Origin: Alkalispirochaeta sp.
Lineage (GTDB): Bacteria; Spirochaetota; Spirochaetia; DSM-27196; Alkalispirochaetaceae
DNA length: 64,000 bases
Direction of reading: 5' to 3'
NCBI GenBank assembly: GCA_965242725.1
Contig: CBDESZ010000022.1
Span: 64,001-128,000 of the forward strand
Part shown: piece by piece, positions 31,331 to 41,488 of the stretch
Position numbering within the stretch: position 1 is the first letter of the stretch
How the letters are laid out: each line of letters starts with the position of its first letter
Translations under genes and position numbers: made by a program
Notes under the pieces: model-generated
Seen by the model: the letters and a program-made list of their open reading frames with translations, nothing else
Databases searched by the model: none
Told to the model about the DNA's origin: nothing

Positions 31331-32490
31331 GACTTTTTCGACCCGATCTTGTTGCGACATTTGTCGACAGACCAAACAGATTTCTCATAACCGCACGGTC
31401 ACCTGACGGCCGGCTCCTGCACGCCCACTCCCCCAACCCCGGCAGAATGTGGGAGCTTCTTTATCCGGGCACTCCTCTCATCCTTCAGCACGCCCCCACC
31501 GGAAACACGTCACCTTCCAAACGCAAGACCGCATGGTCCGTCGTCGCCGCTATCCGTCCTTCCGACGGCACGGTGGTTCCCCTCGTATCGACGGCGGCCA
31601 ACGATATCGCGGCGGAGCTTATCATCCCCGATCTCTTTCCCCGCGCCACTGCAACACGACGGGAAGTGACGCTTGGTGAGAGTCGTTTCGACTTTGTCGT
31701 CGGCACGGGAGATATCGAAACGGTCATCGAGGTGAAGAGCTGCACCCTGGAAGCGTACGGCGTCGCCATGTTTCCCGACGCCGCAACCTCCAGGGGGTTG
31801 AAACACCTCACGGCATTGAAAGAGATGCGCCATAGGGAGCGAATGGTTCTCTTTGTGATTCAGGGTCCCCGGGCCGAACGATTTGTTCCCGATATTCATA
31901 CCGACCCCGCATTTTCGATGGAACTCAGGGAGGCACATCATGCGGGCGTGCACGTCCATGTCGTCGCGACGGGTACCGACGGGGACGGGACGACCCGGGT
32001 GGTGTCCGACAACGTCCCCGTTGACTGGGAACCGCTGACTGCGGTGGATGAGGACAGCGGTGTGTACATCGTCCATATGGAATTGCCCCGGCACCGTGAG
32101 GCTGCAATTGGTGCCCTGGGGACCTTTTCACTCAGGCCGGGTCACTACCTCTACGTGGGATCGGCAATGAAGTCGATGCGGAGCCGAACCGCCCGCCACC
32201 TGCGCGCCCGGAAGCGAAAACGCTGGCATATTGACTATCTTCGGGCCGTCGCCGGGAGCGCTGCGGTTTACCCGATCTATACGACACGGTCTCTTGAATG
32301 CTCCCTGGCCCGGAGCTGCGCGGCGTTTTGTACGCAACCGGTGGCGGGATTCGGTTCAAGTGACTGCACCTGCGGGAGCCATCTTTTTTATCTGGAGGAC
32401 GATCCCCGGCGGAATCCGGCGTTTGTGGAGATGATGCTGCGGTACCGCCACTCCGAAGCCCTCGTCACTTCCCGACACAGAATCCACTGA
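31327..32490 (+). CDS. sfsA: SfsA nuclease fused to a C-terminal GIY-YIG/DUF123 domain
   Basis: RPNRF, NPGRM.EL, SRFDF, IEVKSCTL, FPDAATSRG.KHL; then GVYIV..YLYVGSA..R..RH..WHIDYL..GFGSSDC.C.SHL. Confidence 0.88.
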   Translation: MRLFRPDLVATFVDRPNRFLITARSPDGRLLHAHSPNPGRMWELLYPGTPLILQHAPTGNTSPSKRKTAWSVVAAIRPSDGTVVPLVSTAANDIAAELIIPDLFPRATATRREVTLGESRFDFVVGTGDIETVIEVKSCTLEAYGVAMFPDAATSRGLKHLTALKEMRHRERMVLFVIQGPRAERFVPDIHTDPAFSMELREAHHAGVHVHVVATGTDGDGTTRVVSDNVPVDWEPLTAVDEDSGVYIVHMELPRHREAAIGALGTFSLRPGHYLYVGSAMKSMRSRTARHLRARKRKRWHIDYLRAVAGSAAVYPIYTTRSLECSLARSCAAFCTQPVAGFGSSDCTCGSHLFYLEDDPRRNPAFVEMMLRYRHSEALVTSRHRIH

Positions 32491-33925
32491 AAACGGCATC
32501 AAGAATATCTTCCGACGTCACCTCGCCGGTTATTTCTCCAAGACCGTGAAGAGCGTCCTGGAGATCGACACTCAGGGCATCTACCGGAATCGACTCCTCG
32601 GCACCGCGGAGAAATTCATCCAGGGCGGCGATGGTACGCTCAATACTGTTTTTCTGCCTCAGCGAGTCGATCACCGGCACGCCGGTATGCGGTTTTTGTG
32701 CAGGCTCCAGTGCTGCGGCGATCGCGGATACAAGCCCGTCCACACCCTGAAGGGTACGGGAACTGACGGTGATGAACGGTATGTCTCCGGGAGGGGCTTT
32801 GCATTCCCGGTGGTCACTTTTGTTCCAGACCGGCACGACCCGCCCGCCGCCCCGGCGTAGTGATTTGCCCGTATCGGTTGTGCTGCCCCGGCGTGGTGGC
32901 TGATCCGCATCGGCTGTGGCGCTCGGCGGTGTCGCCGACATGGGGTCGGCGACACCGCCGAGCTCTCCTATATGTTCACGGTCGCCCTCGGAAAGACCTT
33001 CCGTGCCGTCAACGACGTAAACGACGATGTCTGCGCCCGTGGCGACGTCCCGGGTTCGACGTATACCCTCTTCTTCAATGACCTCCGTCGTGCTCCGCAG
33101 CCCCGCCGTGTCAAAAAGTTCCACCGGGATGCCGTGAACGTTGATCCGGCTGCTTATGTAATCCCGCGTCGTCCCGTGTATTTCGCTCACGATGGCGCGC
33201 TCTTCCTTGAGAAAGGCGTTAAAGAGGGAGGACTTGCCCGCATTTGTACGCCCCGCAAGAACCACCCGCGCACCGTCCTGATAGAGCTTCCCCGTCTGAT
33301 AGGTGTCCATGAGTTCTTTGAGACGGGAACGACTGCGCCGAACGACGTCGAGATCGACGGGGATTTCTCCCGTTTCCTCCTCCGGATAGTCGAGCTGTAT
33401 GGCGACCGATGCCATGACACGGACAAGGTCATCCCTGATCTCTGTGACGGCGTGCTCAATGCTTCCGCCGAGGCGCTGTACCGCCATTTGAAAGCCGGTT
33501 TCCGTCTGGGCATTGACGATTTCGTTTATCGCTTCCGCCCTTGTCAAATCGACCTTTCCGGCGAGAAAGGCGCGCTGGGTGAACTCTCCCGGGTCGGCGG
33601 GTCGAAACCCGGACTGATAGAGCTGCTGCAATATGCGCCTGATCCCGGGGACGCTTCCGTGGCTGAATATTTCCACAAGATCCTCACCGGTGTAGCTCCG
33701 GGGAGTGCGAAATACGGCGACCATCACCTCATCGATGACCTCGTTGGTACCAGGATCGATGAAATGTGCCCGCCGGATTCGGCCGCCCTCGGTGTTCCGG
33801 ATCTTTTCCGCACGGTCCGTCAGGGAGGCAATCGCTTCCACGCATTGCGGGCCGCTTGTGCGTATGACCGCCAGTGCCGACGGTGACAACGGCGTAGCCA
33901 ATGCGGCAATGAGATCGTTTTCCAT
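32465..33925 (-). CDS. mnmE: tRNA modification GTPase MnmE
   Basis: SYTGED, GEFTQRAF, GRTNAGKSS, GTTRD, DTAG, NKSD, FSGFCVGK. Confidence 0.97.
   Translation of the reverse strand: MENDLIAALATPLSPSALAVIRTSGPQCVEAIASLTDRAEKIRNTEGGRIRRAHFIDPGTNEVIDEVMVAVFRTPRSYTGEDLVEIFSHGSVPGIRRILQQLYQSGFRPADPGEFTQRAFLAGKVDLTRAEAINEIVNAQTETGFQMAVQRLGGSIEHAVTEIRDDLVRVMASVAIQLDYPEEETGEIPVDLDVVRRSRSRLKELMDTYQTGKLYQDGARVVLAGRTNAGKSSLFNAFLKEERAIVSEIHGTTRDYISSRINVHGIPVELFDTAGLRSTTEVIEEEGIRRTRDVATGADIVVYVVDGTEGLSEGDREHIGELGGVADPMSATPPSATADADQPPRRGSTTDTGKSLRRGGGRVVPVWNKSDHRECKAPPGDIPFITVSSRTLQGVDGLVSAIAAALEPAQKPHTGVPVIDSLRQKNSIERTIAALDEFLRGAEESIPVDALSVDLQDALHGLGEITGEVTSEDILDAVFSGFCVGK
32921..32963. repeat. Perfect 19-bp inverted repeat inside mnmE
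   Basis: GCTCGGCGGTGTCGCCGAC-ATGGG-GTCGGCGACACCGCCGAGC. Confidence 0.9.
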
Positions 33926-33968
33926 AGCCTGCAGAAACTACCTCTGTTGCACTACAATGACAAGGAGT

Positions 33969-34790
33969 ATGAAACACCCCCTATTGAAAACGCTTATGGA
34001 CGCGGGGAGAAGTGGAACGCCCGTTCTTTTTGCCCACAGGGGAAGCTCCGCCGCTGCCCTTGAGAATACGATGTCCGCCTTTGTCCGATCACGGGAGGAC
34101 GGTATCCCCGCCGTGGAACTGGACGTTCAGGTAAGCGGCGACGGGAAACTCGTCGTCTTTCATGACGGCGATCTCCGCAGATTGGGGGGCGTCCCGGACA
34201 GAATCGCAAATACGCCCTACCACGAGCTCGCTTCCATCCGCCTTTCCGGACCGCCCCGGGGGAAGAACGGAACGGGCGGAGAATCGGCCCTCCTCACCGA
34301 TGTGGGCATCCCCCTCTTTTCCCACGTCGTAGAAGCCCTTGGTCCGCAGATCATTCTCGACGTGGAGATCAAATCATATGACGATACGCCCTGGAAAACG
34401 GGAATGATCCTCGCCGAGGCCGTTGCAACACTCGGTATTGCCGATCGTGTCCTCGTTTCCTCCTTTGATCCCCGTCGTATCTGGTCCTTTCGTAAAGGTG
34501 CCCGGCACTTCCTGAAGCGCCACCCAGTGCCGTGTGCCGCCATTTACGCCCGGGAAGAAGAGGTGCCCTGGTACCTGCGTCGCGGCGCCGGACGACTCAT
34601 CGGAGGCGGAAGAATCCGCAAACCCTCATGGCGTGACCTTGGAACCGGGAAGCCGCTACCGGCGCTGACGATTCCCTGGACAGTGAATGATGCAGTGGTT
34701 GCCGCCGACCTGACGCGCCGGGGCGCGGCAGGTATCATCAGCGATGATCCCCTGCGCCTTACGGGCGTATGGGGCGAGAATTTGAGTTAA
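33969..34790 (+). CDS. Glycerophosphodiester phosphodiesterase
   Basis: AHRG, ENT, VELDV, FHD, VEIK, SSF, WTVN, IISDDP. AGGAG SD. Confidence 0.9.
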   Translation: MKHPLLKTLMDAGRSGTPVLFAHRGSSAAALENTMSAFVRSREDGIPAVELDVQVSGDGKLVVFHDGDLRRLGGVPDRIANTPYHELASIRLSGPPRGKNGTGGESALLTDVGIPLFSHVVEALGPQIILDVEIKSYDDTPWKTGMILAEAVATLGIADRVLVSSFDPRRIWSFRKGARHFLKRHPVPCAAIYAREEEVPWYLRRGAGRLIGGGRIRKPSWRDLGTGKPLPALTIPWTVNDAVVAADLTRRGAAGIISDDPLRLTGVWGENLS

Positions 34791-34830
34791 GTAAATAGCG
34801 AGCCGCGGCGGCGCGCCCCGGCACGGTCCG

Positions 34831-36261
34831 TTACGGCAGCTGCGGCGCCAGAATACGTGCCAGGCGACGACCGGATTCCTGAAACGCCGCGCGAATCGTC
34901 GCCTGAGCGCTGCTTCCCGATATCCGTTCGGTAACCGTCACCTGCGGAAAGCGGTGATCACGGCGCAGATCAAACGTTACCGCTCTCGTTTCCACAACGA
35001 TATTGTACCCTTCGTTCTCGTCAAACGAGATGATTCGGGCGTCGCCCACAATCGCACGGTCGACGGACGAGAGGACTTCGAAGGGGAAAATATCATACAG
35101 ATCGGCGACGGTGAGTTCTTCATCCGCCGAAAGTCGGTCCCGGTCTTCCGCGGAAAGGGTAACGGTACGAACCCGAAAGCCGCGATCCCCCAGCTCCTGC
35201 AGGACTCCCGTCATCGCTGAAATGCCGGTGATCGGATTTCCCGCAATGTCGCGATCGACAAAGGCGACGGCAGTGGGAATCTCCGCGGCGCGACTCGTTA
35301 CACGTAGTATCGCCTGGTCCCGCAGACGACCGGCCACTCCTTCAAGAAGTTCCCGTTCTTCCGGCTCCGTCACCAGTTCTTCCCATCGGAGATGAACGTT
35401 CCGGAACCACGCGGGGGCGACTTCAATCACGGTAGTTCCGGCGTACTGCGGCGGCGGAACGGCAACTTCCGCCACGCCTGCACCGTCGGTTCTTGCCGTC
35501 AGAGTCGTTCGATTCCGCTGACCGTCAACTACCGGACCGATGATCTCGGCCGCAACGGCGAGCGGCGCAAAGAGGTCACCGGAAGTGAGATCCTCAATGG
35601 CTACCGTTACGACGTGTTCCGCACCTTCTGCAAGGGGGCGGGTCTCCTCCGCGGGAAGAGCAGTAACGGTCAGGTTGGACGCCGCCGACATGGCTCCCCG
35701 GAGTATCTCAATCCGGGATCCTTCATCAGCGGGAACTTCCCGGTCCAGCAACCTCCGCAATCTCACCATCGCCTCTTCTTCGCGCTCGGGAGCGCCGTCG
35801 GCTCGTTTTCCCTCTTCCGTTGTCCGAGTGAAACGACGCACGATGGTGTCGACATCTTCCGTGATCTGAGAGGTTCGATAGAGGAGCAGCAAGAAGACCT
35901 CGTGAAAGTCGGTGGAGTCGACGTGTCGATAGTCATCGAGATATTCGACGTGATCCATGCGTCGTCGGGCGATTTCCTCTATGTGCAGGGCGACATTATC
36001 GTCGATGGTGATCGGCCGGCTCTCCAGCTCATCGACGATGATCTGCTCTATTCTCCTCATGCCGTCGTCCGCGGCGGCGGCGCGCGCGCCGGAACGATCC
36101 TCACCCCGTCCATAGGCGATAAACTGAACTCCATCGGGATGACTGCCGCCCACGCCGGATATCCATTGCGGGGGTCCCTCCAGGCGGGGAGAGACACATG
36201 ATGCGAGAGCGAGGACGAGAGAAATTGCAACGGATGCGTATATTATGACTCTGCGTTCCAT
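34831..36261 (-). CDS. Hypothetical lipoprotein (LPP20-like N-terminus)
   Basis: Signal peptide with lipobox LASC, then PPQW...FIAYG. Long ORF in an operon. Confidence 0.65.
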   Translation of the reverse strand: MERRVIIYASVAISLVLALASCVSPRLEGPPQWISGVGGSHPDGVQFIAYGRGEDRSGARAAAADDGMRRIEQIIVDELESRPITIDDNVALHIEEIARRRMDHVEYLDDYRHVDSTDFHEVFLLLLYRTSQITEDVDTIVRRFTRTTEEGKRADGAPEREEEAMVRLRRLLDREVPADEGSRIEILRGAMSAASNLTVTALPAEETRPLAEGAEHVVTVAIEDLTSGDLFAPLAVAAEIIGPVVDGQRNRTTLTARTDGAGVAEVAVPPPQYAGTTVIEVAPAWFRNVHLRWEELVTEPEERELLEGVAGRLRDQAILRVTSRAAEIPTAVAFVDRDIAGNPITGISAMTGVLQELGDRGFRVRTVTLSAEDRDRLSADEELTVADLYDIFPFEVLSSVDRAIVGDARIISFDENEGYNIVVETRAVTFDLRRDHRFPQVTVTERISGSSAQATIRAAFQESGRRLARILAPQLP

Positions 36262-37386
36262 CTACTGCACTTCTTCCATGGTAAAATAGCCCAACCGCGC
36301 CTCATGGTCCATGTCAAATCGGTATGGCCCGCCTTTCAGGGCGTCCATGATGCGTTGTTCCGCATCCCCGGGAGAACGATGTATATACCATAGGTTATCG
36401 GATTCTCCCGGGATTCCTATACTCCGCATAACGGCATACTGGACTGTGGCGTCACCGTTCCGGTCGAAATAGATGCGATAGGTGAGTCCCGTACTGCCTA
36501 TCTCGTCCGCCGCCCGACGTCGTAGTTCAAAAACGACCCGCTGAAGGGAGCGTGGATTCACGCGGTAGAGCGAATTCAGCGCCGCATCTCCATACGACAG
36601 TGAACTGAAGACAGAGGGGCCTGAAACCGCAACGTGATGAAGTTCTTCATCCCACCCGGCAATATAGATCCCCGCCTCAAGTTCCGCGGTGGCATAATAG
36701 GTGCCGGGACCGGGGCTCTCCTGAAATCTGTCCGAAATGACAATGACGAGACGGTTTCCAAAAGCAGCCGTCTCGCCTGTGGGCGCCCCGCCTGCGGACA
36801 TTTGGTCTGCAGAATCGCCGTCAGCGGGTACTCCGATCACTCCGTCATAGACGACGCCGCCCGCTTCAAGGAGCCCAAGGATGATGTGCCGGCGGATCGG
36901 GTCATCCCCGTCATCGGTATTGAAGCGAATCGCCGTCGGGCGGGAGTCGACCCACCTCGACACCCGCAGCGCCGTTGTCCGGTTGGGTACGGATGTCGCC
37001 ACTTCCGTGGGAGGCCGCCACGACGGGGAGACCGCCCGCCTCTCGTCCGCCGGTGGCCGCGGTTCCTCCGGCGTTTCAGGTTTCTCCGGCAATTCAGGTT
37101 CCTCCGCTGTTTCCGGCTCCTCCGGCAGTTCAGGTTCCTTTCGTTCCGCCGGGGTCGGAGGAACGATCGCGGCGACGGCTTCCTGACCGTCTTCAGGTAT
37201 TTCCTGTTCCGCGGGGCCGACTGTTTCCGCCGCGTCTTCCGGAGAACGTTCGGGGTCGGCAGATACGGTGCGTCCGCCCCCCGATGGTTCGGGCGCAACG
37301 GCCGTCTGACATGCCGACAGGAATAAAAGAATGGTCACGCCGGTGATGACATAGAGCGAAATAAAAGAAGGGGACGATCCGGTCAC
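36262..37386 (-). CDS. Hypothetical lipoprotein with a Pro/Glu-rich linker
   Basis: Lipobox LSAC and EPELPE repeats. Confidence 0.65.
   Translation of the reverse strand: MTGSSPSFISLYVITGVTILLFLSACQTAVAPEPSGGGRTVSADPERSPEDAAETVGPAEQEIPEDGQEAVAAIVPPTPAERKEPELPEEPETAEEPELPEKPETPEEPRPPADERRAVSPSWRPPTEVATSVPNRTTALRVSRWVDSRPTAIRFNTDDGDDPIRRHIILGLLEAGGVVYDGVIGVPADGDSADQMSAGGAPTGETAAFGNRLVIVISDRFQESPGPGTYYATAELEAGIYIAGWDEELHHVAVSGPSVFSSLSYGDAALNSLYRVNPRSLQRVVFELRRRAADEIGSTGLTYRIYFDRNGDATVQYAVMRSIGIPGESDNLWYIHRSPGDAEQRIMDALKGGPYRFDMDHEARLGYFTMEEVQ
37061..37138. repeat. 18-bp degenerate tandem repeat (~4.3 copies) encoding EPELPE/EPETPE
   Basis: ggttcctccggcgtttca / ggtttctccggcaattca / ggttcctccgctgtttcc / ggctcctccggcagttca. 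Confidence 0.8.
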
Positions 37387-39182
37387 GAGTCGGATACCGT
37401 CGCTATGACGGCGCCATTGCCGTGGTCCGCCAGTCTACCGGAAACAATATAAAGCTCACTTCCTATCGCATCGGGAACCGTTATCACCCCGTCGTCACTG
37501 AGGGCATAGTCGATTCCCGTTGCGAGAGAAAGACCTGTGGAGACGACTCTATTGGATACAATGTCCGAGTAGGAGTCAAACGAATCCACGGGATAACCGG
37601 CACCCTCCGGATCAAGGAGATATACCGTTTCCGCGTCCCGCCATACAAGGAACTGAGAAACATTGTCCCGGGACAGAACGAGAAAATAGTGGTCTTCCGG
37701 CAGGCTGAGGTGAACCTGCTCCACTGCAAGATCAACGAATGCAGACCGAATCGGCCGGTCCTGCGTTCTGCCGCCGTGATGGAAGAAAAAGGTGGAATAT
37801 TCCGAATCAAAATAGTCCTGCACGCTTTTCACTACGGCAACCTCAAACAGTTCCATGAGAATAGATCCCGGTCCCTCAAAGGTCATCTCCGGAAAATCCA
37901 CAAAAGGAACTTCCTCTCCCGTCACCACAGGAAAAACAGAATACGGTCTGCCTTCAGATTGGGGGATAAGAAAGAGACCATCTTCGTCGTGAACAAGAAG
38001 GAGCGAAAGGTTTATCCACTCCGACCGTACCGCCCCGAAACTATTCGTTCCCGTCCGATATGGTTCCGAAGGTGTCACCGCCGTTTCGATATCGCCGCTG
38101 CCGTCACGGCCTATACGTATCCGGATAGAGGTATTGTCGTCTCCTCCAAAGGCAAGAATGAAGGTATCCATGTCGGATTCATTCCCCTGGACGGAAGGGA
38201 CATCACTCCATGCAAAGCGAACGTTCAGCCGTACCGCATCGCCGACATCAGGGACGATCTCGTAGGGGATTTTTACCGTACCGCCGGAATACAACCGGTA
38301 TCCAAGACGTTCCTTTTCCACGTCGAGGGTCACACCGTCGTTCACTTCAATCGCACGGAACTCCCCTTCAACGGCATCGACCACCGGAGTCCGACGTCCG
38401 TCAAAGGGATACTGCAGGATGGTTGAACCGGCGGCGCGGGTTTCCCTGGCGGCGGAACGTATGAATACTTCCGTCCCCGCGCTTATCGTCGTCGGTTTTG
38501 TGATATCGACGCCCTCTTCCGGACCCCACGGATAGAGATCCACAACGATAGGATGGACCCCTATCGCCCCGCCCGGTGAGAAGACGATCTTTTCACTTCC
38601 CGCATCGACATATCCCTCTCCTACGACGCGATCCCGAAAATACCAGACGAGATACGGTCTCGTACCGTCGGCGACGGCCACATCCGCAACCGCGACGGCA
38701 TCGGAGTCCGCCTCCACCGCAGAGGGGTAGACGGTGACACTGTCAAAGGCAGGGGGCGTCTCCATGACGAAAAACTGCCGTTCATCAAAGAGGAGCACTT
38801 CCTCGCCACGGTAGGCGGAGACTCGCAACAGATACGATCCTGGCACCGGGTTGGGAAGCTCGACTTTCGGCAACTGAGACTGGAGGAGAAGATCGTCGGA
38901 AAATGTAGTTTCACCGATTATCTCACCGTCCATATCGACGAGGGTTACGTTGAGTTCCGTCGCCCGGGACATATCCTCCTCGGGGTACGTCAACTGAATG
39001 GAGAGAAATGAATCGGGCGTCACCACCTCACCGACGGCGAGAGTCTGCAGAACGGGCCCCTCAGTCTCATCGAGGGATGAGAAGAGATCAAGATTTTCCG
39101 TACAGCCCGACAACACTCCGAACACGAGAAATACGAAAAATACATGCAATCCGGCCAGGCCGCGCCGGATAAACCCCTCCAT
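37383..39182 (-). CDS. Hypothetical acidic beta-rich lipoprotein
   Basis: Lipobox LSGC. Start 39182 lies 7 nt after TATATT. Confidence 0.7.
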   Translation of the reverse strand: MEGFIRRGLAGLHVFFVFLVFGVLSGCTENLDLFSSLDETEGPVLQTLAVGEVVTPDSFLSIQLTYPEEDMSRATELNVTLVDMDGEIIGETTFSDDLLLQSQLPKVELPNPVPGSYLLRVSAYRGEEVLLFDERQFFVMETPPAFDSVTVYPSAVEADSDAVAVADVAVADGTRPYLVWYFRDRVVGEGYVDAGSEKIVFSPGGAIGVHPIVVDLYPWGPEEGVDITKPTTISAGTEVFIRSAARETRAAGSTILQYPFDGRRTPVVDAVEGEFRAIEVNDGVTLDVEKERLGYRLYSGGTVKIPYEIVPDVGDAVRLNVRFAWSDVPSVQGNESDMDTFILAFGGDDNTSIRIRIGRDGSGDIETAVTPSEPYRTGTNSFGAVRSEWINLSLLLVHDEDGLFLIPQSEGRPYSVFPVVTGEEVPFVDFPEMTFEGPGSILMELFEVAVVKSVQDYFDSEYSTFFFHHGGRTQDRPIRSAFVDLAVEQVHLSLPEDHYFLVLSRDNVSQFLVWRDAETVYLLDPEGAGYPVDSFDSYSDIVSNRVVSTGLSLATGIDYALSDDGVITVPDAIGSELYIVSGRLADHGNGAVIATVSDS

Positions 39183-39220
39183 AATTACAAATATACACGC
39201 GGTGAGTCGGAAAAACCAAA

Positions 39221-40513
39221 TCAAACTTCATCGGAAAGGCGCGGCAGCGGCGTATCCGCCGGTACCGACCGTCCCCACTCGCGGAGAACCTCCAGAATCG
39301 TCGCTGCGGCGCGTTCCATAGACCCGAGGGGCACCCATTCATAGGGACCGTGAAAGTTCAAACCTCCCGCAAACACATTGGGGGTGGGCAGACCCATTTC
39401 CGTGAGCCGCGCGCCGTCGGTACCGCCCCGTATCGGTTCCAGAACGGGCGTCACTCCGACCGACTGTATCGCCTTCTTCAATATGTCCACCATAAAGGGA
39501 TAGTCCCGCAGGGTGTCACGCATATTGAGATACTGCTGCTCCGACGTCACCGAGACACGACACCGGGGATACGCCTTTTCAATCGTTTCTGCCAGCGACT
39601 CGATGAACGCGACCCGCCGCAACACTTCCGTCAGTTCGAAATCCCGGATAATGAACTCAATCTCCGCATGCCCATAGTCGCCCGTCACTTCCACAGGGCA
39701 GTAAAATCCAAAACGACCGTCAGTCGCCTCGGGACTTTCATTCTGGGGAACCATGGAAAGGAACTGCCCGGCGATTGTCACGGCGTTGGCCATTTTTCCC
39801 CGGGCGCTGCCGGGATGTATGACGTACCCGTCAATAGCAACGCGAACACGGTAGGCGCTGAAGCATTCCGCCTCGATGCTCCCCTCTTTTCCGCCGTCCA
39901 TGGTATAGGCAAAGCGGGCGTGAAGGGAGGGTACGTCGAGTCTGTCCACTCCCCGCCCTATTTCCTCATCGGGGGTAAATATGATTTCCAGCTCGGGATG
40001 AGGAAATTCCGGATGATCCACAAGAAACCGGACGGCCGCCATGATCTCCGCAACCCCCGCCTTGTCGTCGGCTCCGAGAAGGGTCGTACCGTCGGCGGTG
40101 ATGATCGTCTCGCCCCGGAAATCAAGGAGATCCGGGTACTCCGCGGGATCGATAGAAACACCGTTGCCGAGCTCGAGCACCGATCCGTCATAATCCACCC
40201 ATACCCGGGGGGATACATTCTTTCCGCTGCTGTCCGGTGCCGTATCCATGTGTGCGAGGAAGGCCACAGCCGGTGCCGAGACCCCTTTCGTCGGGGGAAT
40301 GCGGGCGATCACGTATCCATACTCCGTAATGGTCACATCGGATAGTCCCAACTCGGTCAATTCCCGCTCCAGCATACGCGCCAGGTCCCATTGCTGCGGG
40401 GTAGAAGGCGTCGTATCACTGTGGCGTGAGCTGGTCGTATGAACGGCCACGTATCGAAGAAAACGGGCGAGCACATCCTCCCGGAGAGCATCGCGATATT
40501 GTGTCAGATCCAT
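39221..40513 (-). CDS. pepT: Peptidase T (tripeptidase)
   Basis: RFLRYV, AHMDT, LLGADDKAG, FTPDEEIGRG, IRGGTDG, NFHG. True start at 40513; the ORF-track extension is antisense to the next gene. Confidence 0.95.
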   Translation of the reverse strand: MDLTQYRDALREDVLARFLRYVAVHTTSSRHSDTTPSTPQQWDLARMLERELTELGLSDVTITEYGYVIARIPPTKGVSAPAVAFLAHMDTAPDSSGKNVSPRVWVDYDGSVLELGNGVSIDPAEYPDLLDFRGETIITADGTTLLGADDKAGVAEIMAAVRFLVDHPEFPHPELEIIFTPDEEIGRGVDRLDVPSLHARFAYTMDGGKEGSIEAECFSAYRVRVAIDGYVIHPGSARGKMANAVTIAGQFLSMVPQNESPEATDGRFGFYCPVEVTGDYGHAEIEFIIRDFELTEVLRRVAFIESLAETIEKAYPRCRVSVTSEQQYLNMRDTLRDYPFMVDILKKAIQSVGVTPVLEPIRGGTDGARLTEMGLPTPNVFAGGLNFHGPYEWVPLGSMERAAATILEVLREWGRSVPADTPLPRLSDEV

Positions 40514-40567
40514 GACGCATCTTACCGCCATTTGCATTGTACCGACAAGTTTCCGTATATTGAGGCT

Positions 40568-41488
40568 ATGGGAATACCTCAATACCCCGACTGTGCCCCC
40601 ATCGATCTTTCGATGCGGGATCAACTTCATCCGCGCCTGTCGCTCTTGCCCGACGGCGTCTCCGAGTTTACCTTTGCCGGACTCTATCTGTTCCGTGACA
40701 CCTATAATTATCACGTCTCCCTCCTCCCGGAAGACAAGCTGCTCATCAGCGGAGAAAAGGAAGGGGCCCACTTTTTCATGCTTCCCTGCGGACTGCCCGG
40801 GGATGAGGACGTCATAGGACAGCTCTTTGACCGCTACGACTATTTGAAGGGACTGAGCGAGCGGAATGCCGACGAGGCGTGGATCACCCTTGAAAAACTG
40901 GGACTGCAGGTCAGGGAGGATCGGGACAATTTTGACTATCTCTACCTCAAGGATGACCTTGCCAACCTGCCGGGAAAGAAATTTCACAAGAAACGGAACC
41001 ACGTGAATGCCTTTGTCAACAACTATCAGTTTGACGAACAGGCGCTCAAAGAACGGCACATTCCCGACGCCATGGGAATTCTTGAAGCGTGGCAGAAGGA
41101 CAGGGAGGACCGCGCCGATTACGCCGCCGCCCGGGAAGCGCTTGAGCGGTTTCAGGAGCTTGAACTCAAAGGGTATATCGTCTACGTCGGCGACAATCCG
41201 GCGGCCTATACCGTCGGAGAACCCCTCATGAAGGGCCAGAGCTTTGTCGTTCACTTTGAAAAGGCCGTCGATGACTACCGCGGCATATACCAGTTTATCA
41301 ATAAGGCCTTTGCAACGATGCTTCCAAAGCATTACAAATGGATAAACAGGGAACAGGATCTGGGGGATGAAGGTCTGCGACAGTCAAAGATGACCTACCG
41401 ACCCACGGGATTCGTGAAGAAGTACCGGGTTGGCAGAAATCTCCCCGAAATGGGTGGTGATGCAGGAGAAACTCAAAAAAGCGCTTGA
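40568..41488 (+). CDS. DUF2156 family protein (aminoacyl-transferase/GNAT-like)
   Basis: SEFTFA, DRDNFDYLY...L.GKKFHKKRNH, HFEKA, INREQDLG.EGLRQSKMTY.P. Confidence 0.85.
   Translation: MGIPQYPDCAPIDLSMRDQLHPRLSLLPDGVSEFTFAGLYLFRDTYNYHVSLLPEDKLLISGEKEGAHFFMLPCGLPGDEDVIGQLFDRYDYLKGLSERNADEAWITLEKLGLQVREDRDNFDYLYLKDDLANLPGKKFHKKRNHVNAFVNNYQFDEQALKERHIPDAMGILEAWQKDREDRADYAAAREALERFQELELKGYIVYVGDNPAAYTVGEPLMKGQSFVVHFEKAVDDYRGIYQFINKAFATMLPKHYKWINREQDLGDEGLRQSKMTYRPTGFVKKYRVGRNLPEMGGDAGETQKSA

Noticed and set aside
37061..37138. Tandem repeat as a CRISPR array
   Set aside because: It has no spacers and is an in-frame coding repeat. No cas genes are present.
39221..41332. 703-aa ORF suggesting a PepT fusion
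   Set aside because: The N-terminal 273 aa are the antisense shadow of the DUF2156 gene. PepT homology starts at 40513.
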